64,000 bases of DNA from a virus: positions 9,638 through 73,637 of IMG/VR virus record IMGVR_UViG_3300036670_000256. One strand, written 5' to 3'. Numbering within the stretch: the first letter of the stretch is position 1; every line of letters starts with the position of its first letter. Positions 40,215-49,037 of the stretch are shown one piece after another. The notes beneath the pieces were generated by a model. It was not told the DNA's origin. It worked only from the letters and a program-made list of their open reading frames with translations, and ran no database searches. The position numbers were made by a program, and so were the translations under genes.

Positions 40215-40505
40215 ATGAAAAAAGTATTTTTATTATGGCGTTGTGATGTTAATATATCTAGGGATAGTTATAGATTAATATACGTTGGTGAGAGTTTTGT
40301 AGAAGACATATCTTTTGGCAGAACTATGATGTTGGAGAAGATTATTGATGAGGCTAGACGTTATAGTTTAGGTTCTATAGATGGAGAGATGGATTATTTA
40401 GATTTACTTCAATTGAGGGATTTAAAGCAAACACAGGATAGGCAGGAGAATTATGTAATAGAAATGTTGGAAGTTGGGAAGATTTTAGAGAAAGTAATTA
40501 ATTAA
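40215..40505 (+). CDS. Hypothetical protein
   Basis: ORF with A/T-rich leader. Confidence 0.6.
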   Translation: MKKVFLLWRCDVNISRDSYRLIYVGESFVEDISFGRTMMLEKIIDEARRYSLGSIDGEMDYLDLLQLRDLKQTQDRQENYVIEMLEVGKILEKVIN

Positions 40506-40521
40506 ATAAATAAATAGTATT

Positions 40522-40830
40522 ATGTCAGAAGTAAAATTTAGTTTAGAGAATTTGCAATTGAATAAATTGGTTAAGAGCTTAGAAGACTGTAAGAAGTCTT
40601 GTAATGTTTTAACTATAGATAATGCAATAGTGTTAGTTGTTAATCATTTTAGTGATTTGTACGGTAATGAGTTGGTGTTAAAGAAGAAAGCTTTGTCGGA
40701 TTACAACAAGAAGTATAGACAAGATAATTTGGCTAAGATAAAACAGAAAGATCGTGATTATTATCTTTCTAATTGTGGTGTCATATTGGATAAAAGACGA
40801 GAGGAATATAAATCTAAAAAGAAAAAGTAA
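40522..40830 (+). CDS. Hypothetical protein with basic C-terminal helix
   Basis: YNKKYRQDNLAKIKQKDRDYY. Confidence 0.6.
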   Translation: MSEVKFSLENLQLNKLVKSLEDCKKSCNVLTIDNAIVLVVNHFSDLYGNELVLKKKALSDYNKKYRQDNLAKIKQKDRDYYLSNCGVILDKRREEYKSKKKK

Positions 40831-41060
40831 TGAGTATACGAATTGACAGAGAATTATTAATTATGGCATCAGTACGTGCTTATGATTTACTTCATAAAGA
40901 AGGGATAATTAAGAAAGGTGAGATTGGTGTTATATTAATAACTACAGATTTGGATAAGAATAGTATATTAGAACATGGTGTTGTGAATTATTCTAGTACT
41001 ATGCAACCTAGTGAAACGATAAAAGCTTTGAAGCAAATCATTAGACAGCTTGAAGATTAG
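40830..41060 (+). CDS. Hypothetical protein
   Basis: TAATG coupling with the previous gene. Confidence 0.6.
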   Translation: MSIRIDRELLIMASVRAYDLLHKEGIIKKGEIGVILITTDLDKNSILEHGVVNYSSTMQPSETIKALKQIIRQLED

Positions 41061-41069
41061 CTAACATAT

Positions 41070-41097
41070 TTGTTTTATTTTTTAATGGTTATTTTTG
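41070..41097 (+). promoter_or_regulatory. Bacteroidota promoter TTG-N17-TATTTTTG
   Basis: -33 and -7 elements upstream of 41134. Confidence 0.6.
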
Positions 41098-41133
41098 TAT
41101 TAAATAATATTAACAATTAAAAATGAAAACATT

Positions 41134-42006
41134 ATGGGTGTAATTTCTGCAAAAGGTCCTAATCCAAGAGTAACTGATCCTTTGGATCCACGTTATACGG
41201 ACCTAAGTAATTTTAACAAAAGGTTTGATATGGCAAATCTTATTGGAGAAGGTGATGTGTTTGCTGGCGCTGGTTATTCTAAAATAGAATCAGGAAGTAA
41301 GTTTGGAACAACTGTAAGAGATATCAAAATCAACGACCATGTTGTAATTGGTAACAGAACAGGTAGAATTTTAGAGGTATTTTCCGTAGGTGATCAAGTT
41401 GTTGGAGTAACTGTTTACGAAGACATGCGTTATTTGCCAAAAGATTACCGTTTAAATCCAGAAGCTTATGGTTACAATGCTGATGGTAGAGGTAGAACTA
41501 TTACTTATTGTTTAAGAAACGATTTAGACATAAGTGAAACAGATTTACTTTGGAATGGTGCAAAGGTAAATTTGTATCAAGGTAGTATGATGATTCTTCC
41601 ATCAACAACATCTAATCCTAAAACTTGGAGTAAAATTCAACAAGTTGTATCTGATATTAGCAATGTAGAGAATGAAATTTACTACACTACTTTGAAATCT
41701 AGAACAGGTTCTTCTCCAGAGGAAACCAATTTTTATGGTGTTAGTACACTTCAAGCAGATATTCTTTTTTCTAACGGAGTAGAAAATTCTTTGGTTTTAA
41801 TTTATGGTTCTACTAACAAGACTGTAACCAAAGTTCAAACTTTAATTAGACAGATACCAAATGGTGGTGCTTTAGTTACTGAATTTGACAACTCTGGTTA
41901 CGATGGTGTAAGCGGCAGAAAGATTAAATTTGATTATTACTTAAATGACGTTTTGACTAGCTTACCATTTGATGTTAAATTTGATCTGATAGTAGATTTT
42001 GAGTAA
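41134..42006 (+). CDS. Independently transcribed beta-rich protein, possible virion accessory/decoration protein
   Basis: Own promoter and terminator; Gly/Thr/Val/Asn-rich. Confidence 0.55.
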   Translation: MGVISAKGPNPRVTDPLDPRYTDLSNFNKRFDMANLIGEGDVFAGAGYSKIESGSKFGTTVRDIKINDHVVIGNRTGRILEVFSVGDQVVGVTVYEDMRYLPKDYRLNPEAYGYNADGRGRTITYCLRNDLDISETDLLWNGAKVNLYQGSMMILPSTTSNPKTWSKIQQVVSDISNVENEIYYTTLKSRTGSSPEETNFYGVSTLQADILFSNGVENSLVLIYGSTNKTVTKVQTLIRQIPNGGALVTEFDNSGYDGVSGRKIKFDYYLNDVLTSLPFDVKFDLIVDFE

Positions 42007-42026
42007 ACCACAAAATCAAATTAATT

Positions 42027-42055
42027 AAAAGCGTGCCGATTGGTACGCTTTTTTT
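42027..42055 (+). terminator. Intrinsic terminator
   Basis: AAAAGCGTGCC-GATT-GGTACGCTTTTTTT. Confidence 0.8.
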
Positions 42056-42180
42056 ATGCCTAGTTTTTAATAAAACACTTTTAGAAACAAAGAATACAAT
42101 TAAATAATTATTAACGCTTAAAACGGCTTAAAACAAAAAAGCCAAAACAAAAGAATTTTTAATCTTATAAAATAGAAATT

Positions 42181-42621
42181 ATGTTAAACACAAAATTAGA
42201 TTTGATTACTTTAAGAAAAGAAAAGTCTGAATTTAATAGAATTAAACTTACTTCACCAGAAGTTACGGCCGAGTATATTCGTCAATTTTATTCTGATGAT
42301 ATTGAAATATTTGAAAGTATGTTTATTTTAATGGTAAATAACAGCAATACAACCATTGGTTATGCTAAAATAAGTCAAGGTGGTATTACTGGAACCGTTG
42401 TAGATATTAGAATCATTTGCAAATATGCAATTGATTGTTTAGCTACCGGAATTGTGATTTGTCACAATCATCCTTCAGGAATTATGGTTCCTAGTGCTCA
42501 AGATTTACAAATAACAAAAAGGCTAATTTTAGCATTAAAAACTTTAGATGTAATTCTTTTAGATCATATTATTTTATGTTCAGAAGATTACTACTCTATG
42601 AAAGATAGAGGAGATATATAA
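42181..42621 (+). CDS. radC: RadC-like JAB domain protein
   Basis: ISQGGITGTVVD, CHNHPSG...PSAQD and LLDHII. Confidence 0.92.
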   Translation: MLNTKLDLITLRKEKSEFNRIKLTSPEVTAEYIRQFYSDDIEIFESMFILMVNNSNTTIGYAKISQGGITGTVVDIRIICKYAIDCLATGIVICHNHPSGIMVPSAQDLQITKRLILALKTLDVILLDHIILCSEDYYSMKDRGDI

Positions 42622-42827
42622 TGGCTTATTCATATTGGATGTACAAAAGAAAACGTGTTGAAATAATATCGAGATATACTCACACTTTTCTAATTCGGTT
42701 TGTAGATAATAGTTTGCCAGATGCATCTGTTTCTCGCGACTCTTTACTTCGAATTAAGGTTAAGGATAAAGAACCTCAACCACAAAAAAAAATTAATAAC
42801 AATAATCAAACAAATTTAGAATTATGA
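42621..42827 (+). CDS. Hypothetical protein
   Basis: Coupled ORF. Confidence 0.55.
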   Translation: MAYSYWMYKRKRVEIISRYTHTFLIRFVDNSLPDASVSRDSLLRIKVKDKEPQPQKKINNNNQTNLEL

Positions 42828-43297
42828 AAAATTTAAAACAAGAAGTAGATGGAATGAAATTGTATCAAATTGTAGAAGTAATGGTAGAATCTTTAAAAAA
42901 CCCGGTAATCAAAGTTGATATGAATTACTTCGGAACTGTACAAGATCAAGTTTGTTACGGTTGTGCTGCTACTAATGCAGTTTGCAAAATAGCTGATGCA
43001 AAATACGGTTTTAAAAACATTTCAAGATGTGAGTTAAGATCTAAATTTTTGAAAGTAGATTATGATTATTTGTCTTTTTTTGAAACAGCAATAGATAATT
43101 TAAGAATAGGAAACATAATGTCTTTTTATTCCAACATTTGCAGAGCTAAGGAAATCACTGTTGAAGAAAATACTTACAAATTTTTAGCTGACATTTACTT
43201 GAACATTCATTTGAAAAAATTGAGAAATGATTATGGAGAAAAAGACTTAGATGGTTATGTATTTCTTGCAGAAGTATTAAAAAAAATGAATTATTAA
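42824..43297 (+). CDS. Hypothetical protein with CYGCAATN motif
   Basis: Coupled ORF, CxxC. Confidence 0.65.
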   Translation: MKNLKQEVDGMKLYQIVEVMVESLKNPVIKVDMNYFGTVQDQVCYGCAATNAVCKIADAKYGFKNISRCELRSKFLKVDYDYLSFFETAIDNLRIGNIMSFYSNICRAKEITVEENTYKFLADIYLNIHLKKLRNDYGEKDLDGYVFLAEVLKKMNY

Positions 43298-43314
43298 TAA
43301 TTAAATAAACTAAA

Positions 43315-43746
43315 ATGAAAAAAACAATTCACGTTATTGTGCAAAGCACATCGAAAGAAATGAGCGTTCAAGGCTTATTACAAATTTTTACTAAAGAAGT
43401 AACAGAAAATTTTATTGAAAACTTTTCTATTCAATCTGTAGTAGATATTTATACAGATGGTTTAACAAAGGATTTTAAGAATTTAGTGTTTGACCAAAAT
43501 GTAAAATACCGATTGAATCTTAATGATTTAATTAGTTACGAACCGTTCATTGGAAAAACAGTTCAAGAAATCTTGTCGGAACTTAATCCGTATTTAGATT
43601 TTATTGATAAAAAATTGAATCAGGAGTGTGATATTTATGATGGTGTTGCTATGCAACCATTACTTGAAGTATCTGATTTACTTCAATACGAAAGCACAAA
43701 AGGATTTTATTTAGTAACAGTTAAAATAAATTACAATGGGAATTAG
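43315..43746 (+). CDS. Hypothetical protein
   Basis: ORF in operon. Confidence 0.6.
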   Translation: MKKTIHVIVQSTSKEMSVQGLLQIFTKEVTENFIENFSIQSVVDIYTDGLTKDFKNLVFDQNVKYRLNLNDLISYEPFIGKTVQEILSELNPYLDFIDKKLNQECDIYDGVAMQPLLEVSDLLQYESTKGFYLVTVKINYNGN

Positions 43747-44017
43747 ATATAAAATATTCTGGTGTAAGACCAGTAGTCCTAGAGGTTATTACGATGAGAT
43801 AAAAGATTTTAACGATGAGAAACATTTCGATAATTATATTGCTTACCAGGGCAGAAATGAAATGTATAAAAAAGTGGTTAGCTACGAAAAAGTTTATTCT
43901 GAATCTTTAACTCATAGTATAAACGATGTGAAAAAAGCTTTTGAAACAACCAAAGGAAAAGACTTCAATAATTTTGAAGAATGGTATGAAGATTATTTTA
44001 AAAAAACTTTAAATTAG
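43736..44017 (+). CDS. Hypothetical protein
   Basis: ORF in operon. Confidence 0.6.
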   Translation: MGIRYKIFWCKTSSPRGYYDEIKDFNDEKHFDNYIAYQGRNEMYKKVVSYEKVYSESLTHSINDVKKAFETTKGKDFNNFEEWYEDYFKKTLN

Positions 44018-44022
44018 AAGTT

Positions 44023-44307
44023 ATGAAAAGAATTAAATTTAAACATTGGGATTGCAAAATTGTTTTAACTAAGTACAAAAACAATGGCAGAACTTGCATA
44101 CAATTAGTCAACAATGGCGAACTTGTATTAGTAGCTACAACAAATTTAGAAGATATTGGTTTAAGCGTACAAGAAGTTATTATTAAAAATTATTCCGAGA
44201 ATAAAGGGATATATGAAGTACTTCTTGAGAACGATATTATAGGACCTGTTAAAAGATTTGTTGAAAATGGATTTGTTAAATTTTACATTTGTGATTTAAA
44301 AATATAA
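44023..44307 (+). CDS. DUF4313-like protein
   Basis: KYKNNGR.CIQL...ATTNL...IKNYSENKG...GFV. Confidence 0.55.
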   Translation: MKRIKFKHWDCKIVLTKYKNNGRTCIQLVNNGELVLVATTNLEDIGLSVQEVIIKNYSENKGIYEVLLENDIIGPVKRFVENGFVKFYICDLKI

Positions 44308-44309
44308 AT

Positions 44310-46856
44310 ATGAAAAAAGTATTATACAATCCGTTTCAATTATTAATCAACTTTGACGTAATTGAGAAAGATTTATTTTTACTTGGAGATTTGCATAACA
44401 TTAAATCGATGTTACCAAAATTATTTGAAACTCAACAAGAAGACGTTGCAGCTGCAGAGAATCGTTTTAAAGAAGGTAAAGGTTATCTTTTTACAAATGG
44501 AACTGGCACTGGCAAAACATACGTCGGTCTTGGTATTGCATTTAGGTTTTACACTAACAACAAAAAGAACATTATTATTGTTGTTCCTACAGATGAAAAA
44601 TCTAAAGATTGGGTTGAAGATGGTTTGAACATTGGTTTGAGTATATACAAACTTCAAGGAATACACGATGCTGGACATGAAATAACTGTTACTACTTATG
44701 CTAACTTTTATCAGAATGAAGCGATTAATAAGGTGAAATGGGATTTAGTTATTTATGACGAATCACATTACTTAGGTCAAAATGCAAATGGCGTTGAAAA
44801 TAGTTATTTGCAAAAACATAAGAACATTGCCAATCTTCCTTCTGCAGCAAGGTCTAAAGCGTTTGAACATAACGGAGTTTACGAAGATTATTATTGTGAA
44901 GATAGTGGTCTTGTAAAACAAAAGGTAAACAAAGAATTGTACGACAAAGTTTACAACGAATACATTGAAAGTACTAAAGTAGTTTTTCTTTCTGCTACGC
45001 CATTCGCGTACCATAAATCAATTAAGTATGCAGATGGAGCATTGTTTGAAATCAATGAAAAAATAATTCCGGATAAAGACACTTTTACATCATACAATGA
45101 TGGTGGTGCTTGGGAAAATTTCATGATGGATAACTTTGGTTACAGAATGAAGTACAATAAACTTACCATACCAGAAACAGGTGTGGACCAAAATTTATTA
45201 GAAAGAAGTTTCTTTGAAAGTTTTAAAGACAGAGGAGTAATGTCAACTAGACAATTAGAACTTGAGCAAGATTACTCAAGAGAATTTATAATAGTTGATT
45301 CTGAAATTGGAAAGTTTATTGATGATGGGTTAAATTTATTTCACGATACTGATTTTTCTAAAAGATATCCTAAGTTAAGTGAGTTTCATAAGAGAAAACT
45401 TAATTATTTGTTTATTAATCAATTGCTAGAATGTATTAAAGCAAAAGATATAAATGAAAGAATTAAGCAACATCTTTATTTGAATAGAAAAGTTGTAGTG
45501 TTTCATAATTATAATAACGCAAACATTACACATCCTTTTCAATTTCAAGTAAGAGAATTAATTTCTACTGATGAAGAATTTCATAAACATTCTGATGCTT
45601 TAAGAATTGAGATTTTAAAGTTTAAAGAAGAATATTCTCATTATTGGAATTTAGATTTGTCTGGTTTGTCTAACATTAGAAAAACTATCAAACAATGTTT
45701 TCCTGAAGCTAGAGAGTTTAACGGAACTGTCAGCAAAAAACTTAGAAGTAAATTTATAAAAGAATTTAATTCTGATTTTTCTATGATTGATATTATTTTA
45801 GTTCAAGTAAAAGCTGGACAAGAAGGTATTTCTTTACACGATAAAACAGGAATGCACCAAAGAGTTTTAATTAATTTAGGACTTCCTACAGCTCCGACTC
45901 AAGCTATTCAAACAGAAGGTAGAATTTACAGACAAGGTTTAAAAAGCAATGCAATTTACGAGTATGCCACAGTGCAAACTAGTACAGAAAGAATTGCTTT
46001 TGCTACAAAAATTGCTGAACGTTCTAAGACTGCTGAAAATTTGGCTATGGGTAATTTGGCTAGAGATTTAGAAACAGCTTTTAAAGAAGGCTATGCAAAT
46101 GCCAATGAAAACGAGCCAAACTTAGAACAAGGTGTTGGAGGTAAAGAATCTGATCGTTTCTTATTTACAATTAATGAGTATGAAAAAACAAAAACATTTT
46201 ATTGGAAAAGAAGAAAACGTAATTCTAAAACTAAAGCAAGAGAAGGTGTTGATTATTTTGCTACTCCTGAACCTTTAGGTTTTAAAATGGTAGAATGGTT
46301 AAAGCTTGAACCTAACCATAGATGCTTAGAACCATCTGCAGGTCATGGTGCTATTGCTAGATTTTTACCAAGCGATTGTGTTAATGATTTTATAGAACCT
46401 AGTTTTGAACTTAGTTCACAAATTGCTATTAATGCAACGGGAACTGTTATTAATAGTACTTTTGAAGATCATCACATAATTAATAAATATGAAGCAATTG
46501 TGATGAATCCTCCTTTTGGTTCTGGTGGTAGACTTGCTATGGAACATATTGCAAAAGCGTGCAAACATTTATCTACAGCACAAGGTGCTAAAGTAATTGC
46601 AATAATTCCTAACGGTTCTTCAATGCAAAAAAGACTTGATGAATTTTTTGCAGACGAAAAGAATAGAATGTTTCATTTAACTGGACAGATATACTTACCA
46701 TCTGTTTTATTTGAAAGAGCCGGAACAAACGTTTCATGTAGAATTATTAGAATAGAAACAGCTAGAAGTTTACGTTCTGAATACAATGAAATTGAACTTT
46801 ACGATTGTGCAACAATCGATGAATTCTTTGATAGAATAGAACATTTAGATTTTTAA
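44310..46856 (+). CDS. SF2 (strawberry-notch-like) helicase fused to a C-terminal N6-adenine DNA methyltransferase (DarB-like)
   Basis: GTGTGKT, DESH, SAT, AGQEGISLHD, QTEGRIYR; MTase LEPSAGHG and NPPF. Confidence 0.85.
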   Translation: MKKVLYNPFQLLINFDVIEKDLFLLGDLHNIKSMLPKLFETQQEDVAAAENRFKEGKGYLFTNGTGTGKTYVGLGIAFRFYTNNKKNIIIVVPTDEKSKDWVEDGLNIGLSIYKLQGIHDAGHEITVTTYANFYQNEAINKVKWDLVIYDESHYLGQNANGVENSYLQKHKNIANLPSAARSKAFEHNGVYEDYYCEDSGLVKQKVNKELYDKVYNEYIESTKVVFLSATPFAYHKSIKYADGALFEINEKIIPDKDTFTSYNDGGAWENFMMDNFGYRMKYNKLTIPETGVDQNLLERSFFESFKDRGVMSTRQLELEQDYSREFIIVDSEIGKFIDDGLNLFHDTDFSKRYPKLSEFHKRKLNYLFINQLLECIKAKDINERIKQHLYLNRKVVVFHNYNNANITHPFQFQVRELISTDEEFHKHSDALRIEILKFKEEYSHYWNLDLSGLSNIRKTIKQCFPEAREFNGTVSKKLRSKFIKEFNSDFSMIDIILVQVKAGQEGISLHDKTGMHQRVLINLGLPTAPTQAIQTEGRIYRQGLKSNAIYEYATVQTSTERIAFATKIAERSKTAENLAMGNLARDLETAFKEGYANANENEPNLEQGVGGKESDRFLFTINEYEKTKTFYWKRRKRNSKTKAREGVDYFATPEPLGFKMVEWLKLEPNHRCLEPSAGHGAIARFLPSDCVNDFIEPSFELSSQIAINATGTVINSTFEDHHIINKYEAIVMNPPFGSGGRLAMEHIAKACKHLSTAQGAKVIAIIPNGSSMQKRLDEFFADEKNRMFHLTGQIYLPSVLFERAGTNVSCRIIRIETARSLRSEYNEIELYDCATIDEFFDRIEHLDF

Positions 46857-46859
46857 ATT

Positions 46860-47369
46860 ATGAAAACAAATATTGTAATAATTATGATGTTGATATCATT
46901 ATCAGCAGCATCACAAAACTTTAGATTTAGCGAAAAGCAAGAGTTTAATGTTTCTTTTGCGGTAGAACCTTACTCAAGTTTTAAAGAAGAATCTTTGAAT
47001 TTTACTGCAGAAGTAGAATACGAATCTGGTTCTTTTTATATTAAAGCTGGAAGTCAAGTTTTAACGGGATTGCAAGGAGGTTATATTGATTTGGCTGGAG
47101 GTGTAGGACTTAGTTTTACTAGTGGTTATTTTGAAAGAATGAGATATACTGCTGGAATTAGAGCTGGTTTTATTAAGAGAGGATATACAAATAATGATCC
47201 TCAAACATATCCTCTTTTCGGTCAAGAAGTTTCTACTGTCTATAATTTTGATAGTGGGTTTTTTGTAGGTCTTAGATTAACAAATGATTTAAGAACTGAC
47301 TTTTTGTATTCTGGTGCCGAACCAGAATACCAACTTAACGGAAGCATTAAATTTGGTAAAAGATTTTAA
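46860..47369 (+). CDS. Small outer-membrane beta-barrel protein
   Basis: Sec signal ending in ASQ, alternating amphipathic strands, C-terminal Phe (IKFGKRF). Confidence 0.7.
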   Translation: MKTNIVIIMMLISLSAASQNFRFSEKQEFNVSFAVEPYSSFKEESLNFTAEVEYESGSFYIKAGSQVLTGLQGGYIDLAGGVGLSFTSGYFERMRYTAGIRAGFIKRGYTNNDPQTYPLFGQEVSTVYNFDSGFFVGLRLTNDLRTDFLYSGAEPEYQLNGSIKFGKRF

Positions 47370-47371
47370 TT

Positions 47372-47533
47372 ATGAATAGATACACATTTACAATAAAACA
47401 TGATAACAGTTCTCAAGAATTAACTGTTTACGCAAAAAATTTACATTCTGCAATCGAGCAAATTAAAAATGCAGAAGGTTGTCCAGAAAATGCAATTAGT
47501 AGAATTGAAACCAATAAAAAAAAACAGTTATGA
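47372..47533 (+). CDS. 53-aa hypothetical protein (not in the track)
   Basis: MNRYTFTIKHDN...AEGCPENAI; ATGA overlap with the next gene. Confidence 0.55.
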   Translation: MNRYTFTIKHDNSSQELTVYAKNLHSAIEQIKNAEGCPENAISRIETNKKKQL

Positions 47534-47721
47534 GCGATTATAAAGATGCAAAAGAAGTTTTATTAGAAACTGCAAAAAGAGTCAAGAGAAAATTTCCTGA
47601 TGATTTACCAATGATTATGATGACAATAAATGATGAAGCGGATAGTTTGTGTAAATTATATAATTTATCCGAACACTTAAGACATTTACTTGCCTTGTAC
47701 GCTTGCAAGCTACATCCATAA
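47530..47721 (+). CDS. Hypothetical protein
   Basis: Coupled ORF ending YACKLHP. Confidence 0.6.
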   Translation: MSDYKDAKEVLLETAKRVKRKFPDDLPMIMMTINDEADSLCKLYNLSEHLRHLLALYACKLHP

Positions 47722-47752
47722 CCACAAAAACAAATTATTTTATTTACTAATC

Positions 47753-47772
47753 AACCCGCCATAGTGCGGGTT
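47753..47772 (+). terminator. Hairpin/terminator
   Basis: AACCCGC-CATAGT-GCGGGTT followed by T-rich sequence. Confidence 0.6.
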
Positions 47773-47785
47773 TAATTTTATTTAT

Positions 47786-48253
47786 ATGGATTATTGTAAC
47801 ATAGGTGCAATTGGATTTGCACAATTCGGAACTGATGAATATTATTTAAAAAAAACAATTGAAAAAAAAGTATTGGAAGAATTTATAAAACAAGATGAAT
47901 TCAAAATACCAGAAGAATTTGAAGGCATGTGTTTTTATATTGTAAAATCATTTCCATACGAAGGAGATAGTTACAACGAATTATGTTTAGCATATCACGA
48001 AAATGTAACAGACTCTTGGTCTATTGCTCATGATGATTTGTATGAAGCTACCGATTTTGATAACCATGAAGACGAAGATTATTTTTCTACTTCTTATTCT
48101 AGATTTTGGGAATTTGTAAACAAATCCGAAACAATAGATTTAGAAACTGACGAACTTATGATGCAATGTAAAAAACTATACAGCATGAAAGTAATTCACA
48201 AAAAAAACGACAATAACGACGAAGAAGATAATATTAATTTAAAAGCAATTTAA
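47786..48253 (+). CDS. Acidic hypothetical protein
   Basis: D/E-rich 155 aa. Confidence 0.65.
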   Translation: MDYCNIGAIGFAQFGTDEYYLKKTIEKKVLEEFIKQDEFKIPEEFEGMCFYIVKSFPYEGDSYNELCLAYHENVTDSWSIAHDDLYEATDFDNHEDEDYFSTSYSRFWEFVNKSETIDLETDELMMQCKKLYSMKVIHKKNDNNDEEDNINLKAI

Positions 48254-48255
48254 TT

Positions 48256-48633
48256 ATGGGCTGGACATCATTTAATTACAGAAAAGCAACACATTCGGGT
48301 TTTAATAAACTTACAGCTGCAGATTTTATTACATCAGAATTTAGCAACTATGGTTGTGCAATGGCGCAATTACATAAAGATAGAGATCAACACGAACTCT
48401 ATATGATTTTGAGAAGTGCAAACGGAACTCCATTTATTTGTGTTTGTCTTGTTTCTATCAAGGACGATGAAATTTATTTTAAAGAAATGAGTGAATCTGA
48501 AGGACCATGTTATCACAATTGTCCTAAAGAATTTTTTAAATTTGTTTCTGTTCCTGATAGCGAATTTGCTAAAGAATGGAGAGATGAATGTATTAAACAA
48601 AATATTGTTTTAGATCAAATTAATTTCAATTAA
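48256..48633 (+). CDS. DUF6927-like protein
   Basis: MGWT...YFKEMSESEGPCYHNCP...EWRDEC. Confidence 0.6.
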   Translation: MGWTSFNYRKATHSGFNKLTAADFITSEFSNYGCAMAQLHKDRDQHELYMILRSANGTPFICVCLVSIKDDEIYFKEMSESEGPCYHNCPKEFFKFVSVPDSEFAKEWRDECIKQNIVLDQINFN

Positions 48634-48668
48634 TTTAGCAAAATTATTAATTTTAAATAGTAGAAAAA

Positions 48669-49037
48669 ATGAATTTAGAAGATGTTAATTATTTTTATCC
48701 TCAACAAGAAATTGAGGATTGGCAAAGATTAGGAACTCCATTATCACAAGAATTACTTGATGATGATCTTTGTTTTGTTAAGCTTTCAGATGATGGTATA
48801 AGATTGATTTGTTCAAAGCAAAATGCTTTTGCAAATATATTTTATATTGTTTTGATTTACAATAGTAATTATTCAGATGTAAAAGCATTGAATCCTGGAG
48901 AAGTTTATGAAGCTTCGGATTCTGTTGTAAATCTTTCTTTTTATAATAATGACGGAAACATTATTTTAAAATTTGGTTGTTTGTTTGTAACCTTCACCAA
49001 TATTGAATATGTGCTATCCGTTTTAAATGAAAGATAA
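48669..49037 (+). CDS. Hypothetical protein
   Basis: ORF directly upstream of dnaB. Confidence 0.6.
   Translation: MNLEDVNYFYPQQEIEDWQRLGTPLSQELLDDDLCFVKLSDDGIRLICSKQNAFANIFYIVLIYNSNYSDVKALNPGEVYEASDSVVNLSFYNNDGNIILKFGCLFVTFTNIEYVLSVLNER

Noticed and set aside
39973-40218. 81-aa hydrophobic ORF in the candidate origin region
   Set aside because: TTG start inside a hairpin; composition follows the local G/T skew; probably non-coding.
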